Part shown: one piece after another, positions 1 through 10,777 of the stretch
Position numbering within the stretch: the first letter of the stretch is position 1
How the letters are laid out: each line of letters opens with the position of its first letter
Assembly (NCBI RefSeq): GCF_004010195.1
Contig: NC_057720.1
Coordinates: 9,556,244 to 9,614,605 of the forward strand
DNA: 58,362 nt
Reading direction: 5' to 3'
Source of the DNA: Chiloscyllium plagiosum
Lineage: Eukaryota
The notes under the pieces: model-generated
The model's database searches: none
Told to the model about the DNA's origin: nothing
The model's input: only the letters and a program-made list of their open reading frames with translations
Program-made: the position numbers and the translations under genes

Positions 1-121
1 TAAAGAATCTGTTTCCAAAAGCTCAGATCCAGAAGAGCTCAGTCAAAATAAACACCAGGATTTCCGTTTGACAGGAGTGAACAGGCTATGAAACATTCCT
101 GTGTTAATTCAATGTCTGAAA

Positions 122-210
122 AAAAACTGAAAAAAAACTGCAGGATGCTGTAAACCAGAAACAAAAGTAGACATTGCTGGAAAAGCTCAATGGATCTGGA
201 AGCATCGTGG
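122..210 (-). mobile_element. Degenerate PLE terminal fragment
   Basis: gatgctgtaaaccagaaacaaaa..gctggaaaagctc..tctggaagcatc matches PLE-terminus copies elsewhere in the window. Confidence 0.6.
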
Positions 211-435
211 TTGAAACCCTTCAGTGATTCCCTGCCAACCGTGTGAGAACGGACTCATATGCAAGGACAGAAGGAAACACCTCTGTACAACTATCCAGCA
301 ATTTCCTGGGGGTGTTTATGCTGACAGTTAATCACACTCTGAGTCAGAAAGTCATGGGTTTAAACCCCACACCAGAGACTAGACTCTGCCATCAAGGCTG
401 ATATCCCGACGGAATGCGGTGTGGGTTACCTGTGG

Positions 436-1290
436 AACCAAGAACAGAATTTGCTGGAAAAGCTCAGCAGGTCTGGTAGCGTCTGTGGAAAGAAATCAGA
501 GTTAATGTTTTGGGTCTGGTGACCCTTCCTTATAACTGGTGGTATTGAATTGAATTTATTGTCACGTGACAATAGTTTGTCTTGCGAGCAATACTGGCAG
601 ACCACAGAATTAAGTAGCAAAGATAAATGAATAATAGGTAAACAGTGGCAAAAACAAAAACACAGGTACAGGCGAATGTTAAGCGTTTGTGAGTCCATTC
701 AGTATTCTAACAATAGTTGTTTAGAAACTGTTGCTATACTGGCTGGTGTTGTGTTCAGGCTTCTGTACCTTCTCCCTGATGGTAGAGATTGTAGAAAAAC
801 ATTACCAGGGTGGGGTTGATCTTTGAGAATGCTGGCGGCCTTTCCTTGACGGAGGGCCTGGTAGATGGATTATAGTTGGGAGGTTGGCCTTTGTGAAAAT
901 GTCAGTTTATATGCAGAAGAGAGGGTTGGGTGGAGGGGGGCGTTGGTGGGGTGGATGGGTGGGTGTGCGGAGGGGAGGCGGGAGGTGGGAAGAAGTACAC
1001 GATAGATACAGACAAAGCCCAAAGAGAGAGAAGAACAGGTGGACAGACAAAGGAGTGGATAACAATCTGTTTAGGAATGCAAATAGCTATTAATGGGGGC
1101 TGTTAGTGACTAACAATGGGTGGTGTGTAACAGCAGACTATGTGTTAACAAGGCCAGGTACAAGGAAAAGGGCATGAGAGCTCAAGCCCTCAAGCTATTG
1201 AACTCGGTATTGAGTCCAAGGGGTTTTGGGGGGGGGGGGGGGGGGAGGGGGTTATCCTAAATGGAAAATGAGGTGCTGTTCTTCCAACTT
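436..1290 (-). mobile_element. PLE 3' fragment (end of GIY-YIG ORF + terminus), split by Rex1/Babar insertion at 545-895
   Basis: Minus strand near 1290-1190 reads EEQHLIFHLG..GLNTEFNS; C-rich UTR; terminus at 436-544. Confidence 0.75.
545..895 (-). mobile_element. Rex1/Babar LINE 3' fragment
   Basis: Minus translation KAASILKDQPHPGNVFLQSLPSGRRYRSL (Rex1/Babar C-terminal LPSGRRYR motif); tail gtgacaataaa(ttcaa)n. Confidence 0.8.
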
Positions 1291-1294
1291 CAAT

Positions 1295-1423
1295 GTCTGT
1301 TTAATAATTCCATGACTGGGGCCAAGTGCAGGGAAATGGGGCTACTGTTGATGGACATTTCAGTCGGCATGGAGTAGTTTGGGCCAAAGAGCCTGTCTCT
1401 ATGCTGTCGGTCTCTATGACTCG
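1295..1423 (+). mobile_element. CR1 3' UTR fragment
   Basis: cggcatgga..tgggccaaagagcctgtctctatgctgt..ctctatgactc, same as other CR1 ends here. Confidence 0.7.
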
Positions 1424-1651
1424 AAGTGCACTTAAACACCAAGGGAGGGTGGCATGACTTCGGAAAGATCCTTGTCCCACAACTTCACAGCTTCTGATTT
1501 GGGCTGTCTTCTCCATCTGTACTAGAAAGACAATAATGTAAAACATTAATGTGGCTGGGCGAACATTTTTGCGGACATAAATTCAAATCCCACTATGCCA
1601 GGTAATGAAATTTGGATTCATTAAATATCTGGGATTAAAGCAAAACTCGGC

Positions 1652-1825
1652 AAAAGTGAGGGCTGAAAACGCTGGAAACCAGAGATTAGATCAGAGTGGT
1701 GCTGGAAAAGCACAGCAGGTCAGGCAGCATCCGAGGAGCAGGAAAGTTGACATTTCGGGCAAAAGCCCTTCATCAACTTAGTTGGAATGATGAAGGGCTT
1801 TTGCCCAAAACATCGATTTTCCATT
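1652..1825. mobile_element. Palindromic PLE mini-element (family 1)
   Basis: Minus terminus ..cgggcaaaagcccttcatca followed by plus tgatgaagggcttttgccc. Confidence 0.8.
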
Positions 1826-1902
1826 TTAAAAAACTACCCGAATGATGACCATTTGGTAAAAAAAACTATCAGGTTCAGTAACGTCCTTCAGGGAAGGAAA
1901 TA

Positions 1903-3845
1903 AAATCATAAGAAATAGGAACAGGAGTAGGCCATTTGGCCCCCCAGTAAGATCATGGCTGGGTTCCTCATGCTCACCTTCCTGCATCTTCTCCTTAATT
2001 CTTGATTCCATGACTGACCAAGAGTCTACGTATCTTTAATTTACCCAAGGACTCTGCCCCGAAGCTCTCTGTGGCAATGAGTTCCAAAGACTCACAACCC
2101 TCTGGGATAAGAAATTCCTTCTTATGTCAGTCGTAAATTAGTGCCTCTTTATTCTGAGACAGTGCCCTCTGCTCCTAGACTCTCCCATGAGGGGAAACCT
2201 CATCTCAGCATTTAGCTCTCAAGCCCCAAAGAATCTAATATACTTCATTCTCCTAAGCTCCAGTGACTAGAGTCCCAACCTGTTTAGCCATTGACCTTAA
2301 GACCATCCCTCCACATCGGGGATCATCCTGGTGAATCTTCTCTGAATGGCCTACAATGAAATAATATCTTTCCTTAAATAAGGGGAACCAAAACTGCTCC
2401 AGATGTGGTCTCCCCAGCACCTTATACAGTTGCAGTAAGGCTTCCCTACTCTTACACTCCAACCCCCTTGAAACAAGGCCCCACAGTCCATTGGCTTTCC
2501 TGATTATCTGCTGCACCTGTGTGTTAGCTTTCTGTATTTCACACACAAGCTCCCCCAACCATGAGGAGCAAGTGAGGACTGCAGATGCTGGAGATCAGAG
2601 TCGAAAAGTGTGCTGCTGGAAAAGCACAGCAGGTCAGGCAGTATCCAAGGAGCAGGAGAGTCGATGTTTCGGGCATAAGCCCCTCATCAGGAATGTTTGG
2701 GGAGGGAGGAAAGGGGCTGAGAGATAAATGGAGGTATGGGCATGGGGATGGGGGAAGACAGCTGGAAAGGCAAGAGATGAATGCAGTTGGTGGGTGATTG
2801 TGATAGGTTGGTGGGAAAGTGGAATGGATAGGCGGGAAGGAGATAGTCAGGTAGGACAAATCAAAAGGTGTTTGGTTGGAGGGTTGGTTCTGGGATGAGG
2901 TAGGGAGAGGGGAATTTGGAAACTAGTGAAGCTGAAGTTGATGCTGTGTAGTTGCACGATCCCAAGGTGGAAGATGAGACGTTCTTCCTCTCATCGTCAA
3001 GTGGTTTGGATTTGGCGATGGAGGAGGCCTAAGACTTGCATGTCCTTGGCAGAATCGGAGGGGGAGTTGAAATGGTCGGCCACAGGGCAGTGGGGCTGTT
3101 TGGTGCGTGTGTCCCGTCTCTGAAACGCTCCGCGAGTTGGCGTCCTTTCTCCCCAATGTAGAGGAGACCACATCAAGAGCAATGGACACAGTATATGGGG
3201 TGGGTGGATGTGCAGGAAAATCTCTTCCGGATGCGGAAGGATCCTGTGGGGCCTTTGACCAAGGTGATGCTTTCTGCAGTTTTTTTCTCCATTGAAATAA
3301 TAGTCTGATCATTGGTTCTCACTTCCAAAATTAACAACTTCACACTTTCTCACATTATATTCCATCTACCAACTTTGTGTCCATTTACTTAACCCAATAA
3401 TATCTCTTTAAATTGTTTGTATCCATCTCACAACCTGCCTTTCACCTAATTTTGGCTCAAGTGCATTTGTTGTTTTCCTCTAAATCCTTAGTGTGTGTTG
3501 TATAATGTAAACAGTGGCGGTCCCAGCACTGCTCCCTATGGTTCCCAATAGTCACCAACTTAAAAAAGAAACCTTCATCTCCACTCACTCTTTCCTGCTC
3601 ATTAGCCAATTTGTTATCCCCATGCCAGTTTACTACCTCCAACACCATAGACTCTTATCTTATGACTTAATCTCTTGTGAGGTACCTTGTTGGATACTTT
3701 CTGGAAGTCTCAAATGCAATACTGGCTCCCCTCCATCCGTCTGTTTGAGAGTTTGTTGAAAAACTCTAATAAATTAGTCAGACTTGATTTCCCTTTCATG
3801 AAACCATGCTGACTTTGCTTGATTAGATTTTGATTTTCCAAGTAT
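1903..3845 (-). mobile_element. CR1 LINE 3' portion (RT C-terminus + UTR), interrupted by PLE 2562-3265
   Basis: ORF 2253-2558 LLQLYKVLGRPHLEQFW; ORF 3457-3648 in RT region; 3' end cataagaaataggaacaggagtaggcc. Confidence 0.85.
2562..3265 (-). mobile_element. PLE 3' fragment (GIY-YIG remnant + terminus)
   Basis: Minus frames PVADHFNSPSDSAKDMQVLGLLH..EEERLIFHLG; terminus with hammerhead motif at ~2660-2695. Confidence 0.88.
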
Positions 3846-4083
3846 GCTTCCATCCTTACCCAGTCTGGCCATCATGTGATTCAAGGCCAACATTTATTCC
3901 TGTCTGCCCTCGGAAACTGGTTCAAAAAAATGCTGGTCTTGTCAATGACACATAGTGGTTTCCAGCAAATTTTGTTTTCAGCCAATGTTCGAGGTGTGGA
4001 GCTACAAGACCAATCTCATTCAGGCAGCCTCTATCTCACAGTTCTCCATAAAAGAATGGAAGAATTGGCACACTTGCTTCAGA

Positions 4084-4177
4084 GCTGAAAATGTGTTGCT
4101 GGAAAAGCGCAGCAGGTCAGGCAGCATCCAGGGAACAGGAGAATCGACATTTCGGGCATAAACCCTTCTTCAGGAAT
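4084..4177 (-). mobile_element. Solo PLE terminus with 13-bp TSD
   Basis: cacttgcttcaga at 4071-4083 and 4178-4190. Confidence 0.85.
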
Positions 4178-4194
4178 CACTTGCTTCAGAATCT

Positions 4195-4665
4195 AACATT
4201 TATTTAAGTCCCATTCTTGGGACTTCAGCAGATAACCAAATTGAATACTCGAGTGCAACGTGGAGGGAGGGCTGCATTGGAGGAAGGACTATCTTTTGGA
4301 TGTGATTTTTAACCAAGGCTGTGTCTGTTATCCTCTCGAATGCAAAAGATCCCAAGTGACTATTTGAAAAGCAGCAGGAATGTTCTTCTGATTGTCCTGA
4401 TCAATGGGTCTCTCTCAAGCAACGCCCAAAAACTATTGTCTGGATGTTTATCTCCTTCCTGTTTTGAAGCTTAGCTGTGGGCAAATTGTTACATTTTCTT
4501 CAGAGCTGCAGTGTAAAGCACTTTGCAGGGTCCAGAGGCTCTGTCCAATGGCCCTACATGAAAGCACACTCAATTTTCCTTCACACAAAGAGAATGTCAT
4601 TACTTATGAAATGTTTTGGATTTGTGAGCTATGACAATTTGGGATAATAAATGCAAGTCTTTCTT
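4195..4665 (+). mobile_element. Deu-domain SINE (SacSINE1/AmnSINE-like), degenerate
   Basis: tcttttggatgtga..aaccaagg..aaagatccca and tail tgtaaagcactttg resemble Deu domain and L2-type tail. Confidence 0.6.
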
Positions 4666-4904
4666 CTAACATCTGTTTAAGTGTGAAGATGTGAGGACAG
4701 CTGTCTTCCTAATGAATGTGATACTTTTGAGAGTCAGGTCAACAATGTAATTCTGGCGTGAAAGGATGTGGAAGAGCTTTTGTGCTTTGAGAGCGGTTCA
4801 AGGGGTCTCGAATATGCTGCAGAAAGAAAAGGAACACACATTAAAAAAAGGGAAACGTGATTTGGTTATAACTATGCTTCCAAAAATACTGAACTACATG
4901 TAGA

Positions 4905-5420
4905 AGATCTAGGTATGTATAAGATGCTAAAGGGATTTGACAACGCAGATGTGGAGAGAATGTTTCCTCTTGAGGGGTAATCTAGAATGAGAGATCATAA
5001 TTTTAGGGTAAGTGGTAAAACAGAGATGAGGAGGAATTCCTTCTCTCAAAAGGTTGTGAAGCTGTGGAATTCACTCCCCCCTGAGAGTGAAATGAGTGAA
5101 TTTTTGAGGAGAAGATCAACAGATTTTTAATTAGTAATAGGCTGAAGCATTTTGGGGAGCATGAAGGACCTGAGGCTGAAGTCAGAAGTTACAGGGCACC
5201 AGGTTATAATCCAATGTGTTTATTTGAAATCATAAGCTTTCGGGGTTTGTGACTTCAAATAAACCCGTTAAACTGGAACCTGGTGCCCTATGACTTCAGA
5301 CTTTGTTCACCCAAGTCTAACACACGTATCTCCACATCATGCTGAGAGGCTGAGATGTGATCAGCCGTGATCAGCTCCTCGAGGCTTGAGAGGCTGAATG
5401 GCCTGCTCCTGCTTCTTGTC
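4905..5420 (+). mobile_element. CR1 3' fragment with nested palindromic PLE family 2 mini-element (~5180-5340)
   Basis: gtataagatgctaaagggatttgac..aggaggaattccttctctcaaaaggttgtgaagctgtggaattcact; caccaggttata..aacctggtg inverted arms. Confidence 0.75.
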
Positions 5421-5469
5421 TCTGCACTTCATCCAGCGTTGACCTTGTGTCTCACCAAGGCAAAGCTGC

Positions 5470-5718
5470 CAGTCACCTAGATTCGAAACGTTAGCTTACT
5501 CTCTGTCTCCATGGATGCTGCCTGACCCACTGTGATTTCCAGCAATTCTTGTTTTCAGCCAGTGTTCAAGGTGGTGGACTTACAAGACCAGTCTCATCCA
5601 AGCTCCCTCTATCTCATAGTTCTCCAGTATTGTCCCTGTACCGTCTTGCCTATGTTGTCCCACTAATCCAGAATCTGGTTTCCAGCATCTGCAGTCATCG
5701 TTTTTACCCCTATGTTGT
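5470..5718 (+). mobile_element. PLE termini: one with downstream extension (similar to 3955-4050), plus short tail 5659-5708 with 10-bp TSD
   Basis: gaaacgttagc..gatgctgcctgacc; TSD cctatgttgt at 5649-5658 and 5709-5718. Confidence 0.7.
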
Positions 5719-6444
5719 TCAGCACTCTATTATGAGTTTTGTTGATTGTAACTCTGCATTGTTTGGACATAACTCTACTAAGACTCCTAAATATCTCATC
5801 CTCAGTTGTTTCATCACTATTCATGTAGCACACATACTTTTTATTATCTCTTCTGAGGCGCTGAGCTGCTTTAAATACACAGATTAACACATTTGGTGCT
5901 CAACAGCCTCACAATGGTATCACACTGATTTGAGTCTTTAGAACTTGTGCTTCACTATCTCTTAATATTTACATGTTCTGACTTGCTTCCTTCAGTTGCC
6001 TTCAATACCCTGAATGTCTCATCTTTTATGTATTGGCTGCGGGTGTCGTTTGATAAAGAGAGAAAGTCATTATTGCACTGCAAGTTCTGAATAGTAAAGA
6101 AGATGCCAGAGAGAGTCACATTGGTAGCACATGAATAAAGAATAAGCTTTATGGAAGCAGATTTGAATGGCTTACTGATAACACATAATGCAATGATTGG
6201 GAATATTACTTGGTACAACCCTGAGGAGAAGCTTTTCATAAATGTGCATTTTTCAGTTAAAGGTAAAGGGATAATTTCAGATACAAGGCATTTTGTTTGA
6301 TAACCATCAAAACTATTCAATGATTGTGGACGTTTACATTTGGTGCCATGAGATTCCCAGAATGCAAATGGCCTGTAAATCTATTCTCATCAAGGGAAGG
6401 CTATGTGGCCAGGGCCCAGGGAGAAATGGTCATTCTTCAAATTG

Positions 6445-6760
6445 GATTAGATTAGGCTAGACTCCCTACAGTGTGGAAACAAGTCCTTTGGCTGAACCAG
6501 TCCACACTGACCCTCCGAAGAGTCACCCACACAGATCCATTTCCCTCTGACTAATGCACCTAGCACTATGGGCAATTTACAATGGCCAGTTCACCTGACC
6601 TGCACATCTTTGGACTGTGGAAGGAAACCAGAGTAAACCCACACAGACACAGGGAGAATGTGCAAACTCCACACAGACAGTCGCCCAAGACTGGAATCAA
6701 ACCTGGGACCCTGGTACTGTGAAGCAGCAGTGCTAACCATTGAGCCACCACGCCAGCCCA
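6445..6760 (-). mobile_element. HE1-like V-SINE
   Basis: tRNA-like head (gtggctcaatggttagcact), V-domain tgtggagtttgcacattctccc, CR1-like tail with (tctaa)n. Confidence 0.9.
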
Positions 6761-7310
6761 ATAACACTTCATCTTCTGTTCAGCAGTTAAAGTCTGCTGT
6801 GCTCCACTTTTATCCATTTCAACAGTAAGACTATGTCAGCTGAGTGAAGGTCACTTTGTTTGGTGAATGCTCCACTGTTTTGAGACTATCATGAAATTTC
6901 TTTGACAGAAGTGTGTGTTAACCCATCTCTTTTTACATGATTGTGAACAGCACAAAGAGCACTTCCCAACAAATAGCTTGGAGATTAAACACTGAGATTA
7001 TTCTACTTACAGAAGAGAAAGTTGTGAGGAGATCAGGTGCAGCTGTTCAAAATTTCTGGCTCCAGTGCTGGACGGATAATTTAGATGTTTATGTGCAGGA
7101 CCAGGCCATTCAGCCTCTGCTTGCAATTCAAAAAGATCATACCCCCACTAATCTCCAGCTCAAGATGGCGGTGATGGTGTTGGCAGTGTCTAGGCTCCTG
7201 GCCCAGGCTTGTCCTCTTTATCCAATTTTTTAACCTTTGTTTTCTCTTTACTTTTTATTTTATCCTCAGTTTTTTTTTTCAGTTTTCACTTCCGCTTACC
7301 TTCTAAAGAG

Positions 7311-7555
7311 ATCACATAACATCAGGTTATAGTCCAATAGCTTTATTTGGAAGCACTAGCTTTTGGAGCGCTGCTCCTCCATCAGGTGGTTGTGGAAGAG
7401 GATCATAAGACTCAACATTTATAGCAAAAGATCTTATGAAGGAGTAGTGATCTGAAAGCTAGTGCTTCCAAATAAACATGTTAGACTATAACCGGGAGTT
7501 GTGTGATTTTTAACTTTGTACACTCCAGTCCAACACTGGCATCTCCAAATCATCA
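7311..7555. mobile_element. Palindromic PLE mini-element (family 2)
   Basis: atcacataacatcaggttatagtccaa..ttagactataacc..gttgtgtgat arms; flanks cttctaaagaga / cttcgaaagaga. Confidence 0.8.
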
Positions 7556-7683
7556 CTTCGAAAGAGAGGTGTTTCTGTAGGAAGGCGGCTTTGACTGAGT
7601 GCGAAGAAGCTGCGGCTTCAAAGGCAGTGTGCTTGCAGATCAGCTGACACTTGAGGCCCGGCGTGGGAATCTTGATTCCACTT

Positions 7684-8732
7684 GGTGTGAGCTGGTGTAG
7701 CCTGGAGCTGGGACTCTGGTGGTGACATGGTGTGAGCTGCTGTAGCCTGGAGCTGGGACTCTGGCGGTGACATGGTGTGAGCTGGTGTAGCTTAGAGCTG
7801 GGACTCTGGTGGTGAAATGGTGTGAGCTGGTGTAGCCTGGAGCTGGGACACTGGTGGTGAAATGGTGTGGGCTGGTGTAGCCTGGAGCTGGGCCTCTGGT
7901 GGTGACATGGTGTGAGCTGGTGTAGCCTGGAGCTGGGACACTGGTGGTGACATGGTGTGAGCTTGTGAAACCTGGAGCTGGGGCTCTGGTGGTGAAATGG
8001 TGTGGGCTGGTGTAGCCTGGAGCTGGGCCTCTGGTGGTGACATGGTGTGGGAGAAAGTGAGGACTGCAGATGCTGGAGATCAGAGCTGAAAATGTATTGC
8101 TGGAAAAGCGCAGCAGGTCAGGCAGCATCCAAGGAGCAAGAGAATCGACGTTTCGGTGTGGGTTGGTGTAATCTGGAGCTGGGACTCTGGTGGTGACATG
8201 GTGTGGAATCGTATAGCCTGGAGCTGGGACTCTGGTGGTGGAATGGTGTGGGTTGGTATAGCCTGGAGCTGGGGCCCTGGTTGTGAAATGGTGTGGGCTG
8301 GTGTAGCCTGGAGCTGGGACTCTGGTGGTGGAATGGTGTGAGCTGGTGAAACCTGGAGCTGGGGCTCTGGTGATGACATGGTGTGGGCTGGTTAAACCTG
8401 GAGCTGGGACTCTGGTTGTGGAATGGTGTGAGCAGGTGTAACCTGGAGCTAGGATTCTGGCGATGACATGGTGTGGGCTGGTATAGCCTGGATCTGGGAT
8501 TCTGGTGGTGACATGGTGTGAGCTGGTGTAGCCTGGAGGTGGGATTCTGGTGGTGACATGCTGTGGGCTGATATAGCCTGGAGCTGGGCCTCTGGTGGTG
8601 ACATGGTGTGGGCTGGTGTAGCCTGGAGCTGGGACACTGGTGGTGGCATGGTGTGAGCTGGTGTAACCTGTAGCTGGGACTCTAGCGGTGACATGGTGTG
8701 GGCTGGTGTAGCTTGGAGCTGGGACTCTGGTT
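7684..8732. repeat. 45-bp minisatellite, ~21 units
   Basis: Unit ggtgtgagctggtgtagcctggagctgggactctggtggtgacat; interrupted by PLE tail 8051-8154. Confidence 0.95.
8051..8154 (-). mobile_element. PLE terminus inserted in minisatellite
   Basis: gagaaagtgaggactgcagatgctggagatc..gaatcgacgtttcg flanked by ggtgtgg. Confidence 0.9.
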
Positions 8733-9032
8733 GTGCTTAGCACTGCTACTTCACAGCACCAAGGACCCAGGTTCAATTTCAGCCTCGGGCGACTGACTGT
8801 GTGGAGTTTGCACGTTCTCCCCATGTCTGCGTGGGTTTCCTCCGGGTGCTCCAGTTTCCTCCCACAGTCTAAAGATGTGCAAGTCAGGTGAATTGGCCAT
8901 GCTAAATTGCCCATAGTGTTAGGTGCAGTAGTCGGTGGAAAATAGGACTGGGTGGGTTACTCTTCGGAGGGTCAGTGTGGACTTGTTGGGCCGAAAGGCC
9001 TGTTTCCACACCATAGGGAATCTAATCTAATC
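8733..9032 (+). mobile_element. HE1-like V-SINE (head slightly truncated)
   Basis: ttagcactgct..V-domain..gggaatctaatctaatc. Confidence 0.9.
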
Positions 9033-9074
9033 ACAATCTCAATGTCTGCCTACTCCTGGCTGATATCCCTCTAA

Positions 9075-9285
9075 GTCAAAGAGTGTGGTGCTGGAAAGGC
9101 ACAGCAGGTCAGGCAACATCCGAGGAGCAGGAGAATCGACGTTTCGGGCATAAGCCCTTCATCAGGAAGGACATATGCCTGAAATGTCGATTCCCCTGCT
9201 CCTCGGATGCTGCCTGATCTGCTGTGCCTTTCCAGCACCACACTCTTTGACTCTAATCTCCAGCATCTACAGCCCCACTTTCACC
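9075..9285. mobile_element. Palindromic PLE mini-element (family 1)
   Basis: agtcaaagagtgtggtgctggaaaggcacagcag..ctgctgtgcctttccagcaccacactctttgact near-perfect arms. Confidence 0.9.
9133..9168 (-). ncRNA. Minimal hammerhead ribozyme motif (PLE type)
   Basis: Minus: ttc-CUGAUGA-a-GGGC-uuau-GCCC-GAAACGUC-gau; stem I is short. Confidence 0.65.
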
Positions 9286-9512
9286 ACATCCCTCCAAACC
9301 TTTCCTATCCATGTACTTATCCAAATGCCTTTTAAACATTGTAACTGTACCCACATCTGCCACTTCCTCTGGAAGTTCATTCCACACACAAACCACTTTC
9401 TGGGTAAAAATGTTGCCTAATGACTCTCTCTGCACCCTCCAATGCAATCGCATCCTTCCTATAGTGTGGTGACCAGAACTGCACACACAGTACTGTAGCT
9501 GTGACCAAACCA
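9286..9512 (-). mobile_element. CR1 fragments
   Basis: Minus ORF NIFTQKVVCVWNELPEEVADVGTVTMFKRHLDKYM. Confidence 0.85.
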
Positions 9513-9789
9513 AAGCTCCAAGCTAACCTCCCTGCTCTCACACCAGCAACTTAGTGGGGTCATTGACACTGGGCACATGCTGCAGGTTAAATGCTGCAGT
9601 GTTGTCGGGGGAGGTGACGTTAGTTTCAATCACAGACAGCAGATGAAAGCGGGCAGTATCGGTTCAGCTATTCGGTACATCTTTCCATGAAGGATTGGAA
9701 CAACCTACTGCAAAACCAATCTCCATTCTCTCCAAGGACTCGTAAGGAAATTTTGTTGAACTTTTTAAAATTAGTGCAGCTATCAACTG

Positions 9790-10014
9790 TCGAGAGTGTG
9801 GTGCTGGAAAAGCACAGCCGGTCAGACAGCATCCGAGGAGCAGGAGAAATCAACGTTTCGGGCATAAGCCACTCGTCAGGAAGAGTCCTGGTGATGGACT
9901 TATGCCCGAAACGTCGATTCTCTTGCTCCTCGGATGCTGCCTGACCTGCTGTGCTTTTCCAGCGCCACACTATCGACTCTGATCTCCGGCATCTGCAGTC
10001 CTCACTTTCTCCTA
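9790..10014. mobile_element. Palindromic PLE mini-element with 14-bp TSD
   Basis: gcagctatcaactg 9776-9789 / gcaactatcaactg 10015-10028. Confidence 0.9.
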
Positions 10015-10330
10015 GCAACTATCAACTGCATTCATTACGCAGCTTCTGTGAAGATTATCTTTGTAGCAGGAGGAGGCTACTCAGCCCATCAAGACTGCTC
10101 AGCCTTTCTACTTGTCTTGAAGAACACAGCCAGCCAGGAGGTGTCAAAGTCAATGTCTTGGGTGTAATGCTTCTTCAGGGAAGGGTTACACTGGAAATGT
10201 TGACTTCTCTACCTCCTGATGCTGCCTGCCTTGCTGTGTTCTTCCAGCCTCCTACTTGTCTACCTTCCAGCATCTGCAGTGTTTTTTTTTTATCTCTAAC
10301 CACCTTTGGTTCTTGTCTTGGCTAATCTAC

Positions 10331-10427
10331 GAGGAGAAAGTGAGGTCTGCAGATGCTGGAGATCAAAGTTGAAACTTTATTGCTGGAACAGCACAGCAGG
10401 TCAGGCAGCATCTAGGGAACAGGAGAT
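10331..10427 (-). mobile_element. PLE terminus with 42-bp flanking duplication
   Basis: tttatctctaaccacctttggttcttg/ctcttggctaatctac at 10289-10330 and 10428-10469. Confidence 0.9.
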
Positions 10428-10777
10428 TTTATCTCTAACCACCTTTGGTTCTTCTCTTGGCTAATCTACCTCAATGCTATTTTCCCACACTATCCATATC
10501 TTTGATATCTAGAGATCTATCTATGTCTGGCTTGAATTTGTTCAATAACTGAGCCTCTGGAATATCAAAGATTCACCACCATTTAAGTGAAGAAATTCCT
10601 CCTTTGTTGTCAAAATGTAAACTTATCCCACCATCTGACGTGGAACCCTGCTATTTGCTCTTTTTTGGAGTGTAACTGTGTGTCAATTGGTTCCATTTGA
10701 CTGCGTTGTAACAGTGCCTTATTGCAGACAGAGAGCATGCTGCTGCTTGTGTGAGTTTCCTGCTTTATGTGGCTGGC

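Larger units (their letters stand above)
1560..3955 (+). mobile_element. tRNA-derived SINE (family B) split into 1560-1900 and 3846-3955 by nested insertions
   Basis: ggttcagtaacgtccttcagggaaggaaat ends ~1900 and resumes as ccatccttacccagtctggcc at ~3850; contiguous in copies at 32643 and 37203. Confidence 0.7.
7160..8730 (+). mobile_element. Putative VNTR-carrying non-autonomous element (head + minisatellite, 3' end missing)
   Basis: Starts caagatggcgg, pyrimidine tract 7215-7300, GC-rich body leading into the 45-bp array; same layout as 18617-20805. Confidence 0.4.

Noticed and set aside
1226..1252. Poly-G tract / G-quadruplex
   Set aside because: Homopolymer expansion inside a dead PLE fragment; no evidence of function.
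3955..4050. Local segmental duplication with 5535-5625
   Set aside because: Both follow a PLE terminus; better explained as two diverged copies of one PLE family.
4725..4822. Minus-strand acceptor (ttccttttctttctgcag) and putative exon
   Set aside because: All three frames hit stops before a convincing donor.
5955..6320. 121-aa minus ORF in unique sequence
   Set aside because: Non-ATG start, no recognisable domain or splice context; expected by chance.
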